From Squalus acanthias (taxonomy: Eukaryota): a stretch of DNA of 64,000 nucleotides. The position numbers and the translations under genes were made by a program. The notes beneath the pieces are model-generated. The model saw only the letters and a program-made list of their open reading frames with translations, made no database searches and was not told the DNA's origin. The stretch covers positions 130,016,001 to 130,080,000 of the forward strand of contig CM059431.1 of the NCBI GenBank assembly GCA_030390025.1, given 5' to 3'. Every line of letters begins with the position of its first letter. Positions within the stretch are counted from its first letter, which is position 1. Below are positions 62,734-64,000 of this stretch, piece after piece.

Positions 62734-64000
62734 GGAAATATTACATTTGGTTCCCTCATCCAAATCATTGATATATATTGTGAATAGCTGGGGCCCAAGC
62801 ACTGATCCCTGCAGTACCCCACTAGTCACCGCCTGCCACCCCGAAAAAGACCCATTTATTTACACTCTCTGTTTCCTGTCTGTTAACCAATTTTCAATCC
62901 ATGTCAGCATATTACGCCCAATCCCATGTGCTTTAATTTTGCACACTAACCTCTTATGTGGGACTTTATCAAAGGCCTTCTGAAAATCCAAATACACCAC
63001 ATCCACTGGTTCTCCCTTATCTATTCTACCAGTTACATCCTCAAAAAACTCCAGTTTGCTGACGCCACAAAACTAGGTGGGATTGTGAGTTGTGAGGAGG
63101 ATGCAATGAGGCTTCAAGGCGATTTAGACAAGTTGAGTGATTGGGCAAATACATGGCAGATGCAGTATAACGTGGATAAATGTGAAGTTATCCACTTCGG
63201 TAGGAAAAACAGAAAGGCAGAGTATTATTTAAATGGTGATAGATTGGGAAATGTTGATGTACAAAGGGACCTGGGTGTCCTTGTACACCAGTCACTGAAA
63301 GCAAACATGCAGGTGCAGGAAGCAGTTAGGAAGGCAAATGGTATGTTGGCCTTCATTGCAAGAGGATTTGAGTACAGGAGCAAGGATGTCTTACTACAGT
63401 TATACAGGGTCTTGGTGAGACCACACCTGGAGTACTGTGTGCAGTTTTGGTCTCCTTACCTAAGAAAGGATATACTTGCCATAGAGGGAGTGCAGCGAAG
63501 ATTCACCAGACTGATTCCTGGGATGGCAGGACTGTCGTATGAGGAGAGATTGGGTCGACTCGGCCTGTATTCACTAGGGTTTAGAAGAATGAGAGGGAAT
63601 CTCATTGAAATGTATAAAATTCTGACTGGGCTAGACAGACTGGATGCAGGGAGGATGTTTCCCCTGGTTGCGGAGTCTAGAACGAGGGGTCACAGTCTCA
63701 GGATACGGAGTAGGACATTTAGGACTGAGATGAGGAGAAATTTCTTCACTCAGAGGGTGGTGAACCTGTGGAATTCTCTACCACAGAAGGCTGTGGAGGC
63801 CAAGTCACTGAGTATATTTAAGAAGGAGATCGATAAATTTCTAGACGCAAAAGGCGTGAAGGGATATGGGGAGAGAGCGGAAATATGGTATTGAGATAGA
63901 GGATCAGCCATGATCATATTGAATGGCGGAGCAGGCTCGAAGGGCCGAATGGCCTACTCCTGCTCCTATTTTTCTATGTTTCTATGGGGAGGTTAGTCTG

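Larger units (their letters stand above)
61111..63055. repeat. ~965-bp-arm inverted repeat with 16-nt spacer
   Basis: Arms 61111-62074 and 62091-63055; mirrored ORFs (61183-61419 vs 62747-62983; 61806-62039 vs 62078-62359); only a few mismatches. Confidence 0.97.
57900..63986 (+). mobile_element. Full-length, decayed CR1 LINE interrupted by the PLE palindrome
   Basis: 5' UTR, ORF1 pieces 58172-59110, endonuclease LYLNARSI..AITETWL (59233-59694), RT pieces to 61432 and 63053-63894, tail to 63986. Confidence 0.93.

Noticed and set aside
62956..63894. 312-aa ORF as an intact RT gene
   Set aside because: N-terminus comes from the inverted arm; catalytic FADD reads FADA; the upstream RT half is separated

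Overview
Eukaryotic, repeat-dominated DNA, most likely from a cartilaginous fish (inferred from HE1-like V-SINEs, SacSINE1-like Deu-SINEs and the CR1/Penelope families present). No host gene could be confidently identified; nearly all long ORFs are transposon relics. Contents: many CR1 LINEs (two near full length with an esterase-type ORF1), two copies of a second CR1/L2-group LINE, an RTE LINE, a Vingi-like LINE, a Mag-like Gypsy element with both LTRs and TSD, a complete but decayed PIF/Harbinger transposon with related MITEs, several tRNA-headed SINE families and Penelope-like element (PLE) fragments with minimal hammerhead motifs. Most notable: a ~1.95 kb near-perfect palindrome (61111-63055) where a PLE insertion folded back and also copied ~320 bp of flanking CR1, smaller PLE fold-back hairpins that turn at the hammerhead, three base-resolvable nested insertion stacks, a V-SINE with a swapped CR1 tail, a ~75-bp head-plus-tail mini-SINE, a CR1 family with a duplicated 3' module and a shared CRE/splice-donor motif in CR1 5' UTRs. 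Family names come from motif recognition only; no database search was run and boundaries of degraded elements are approximate.
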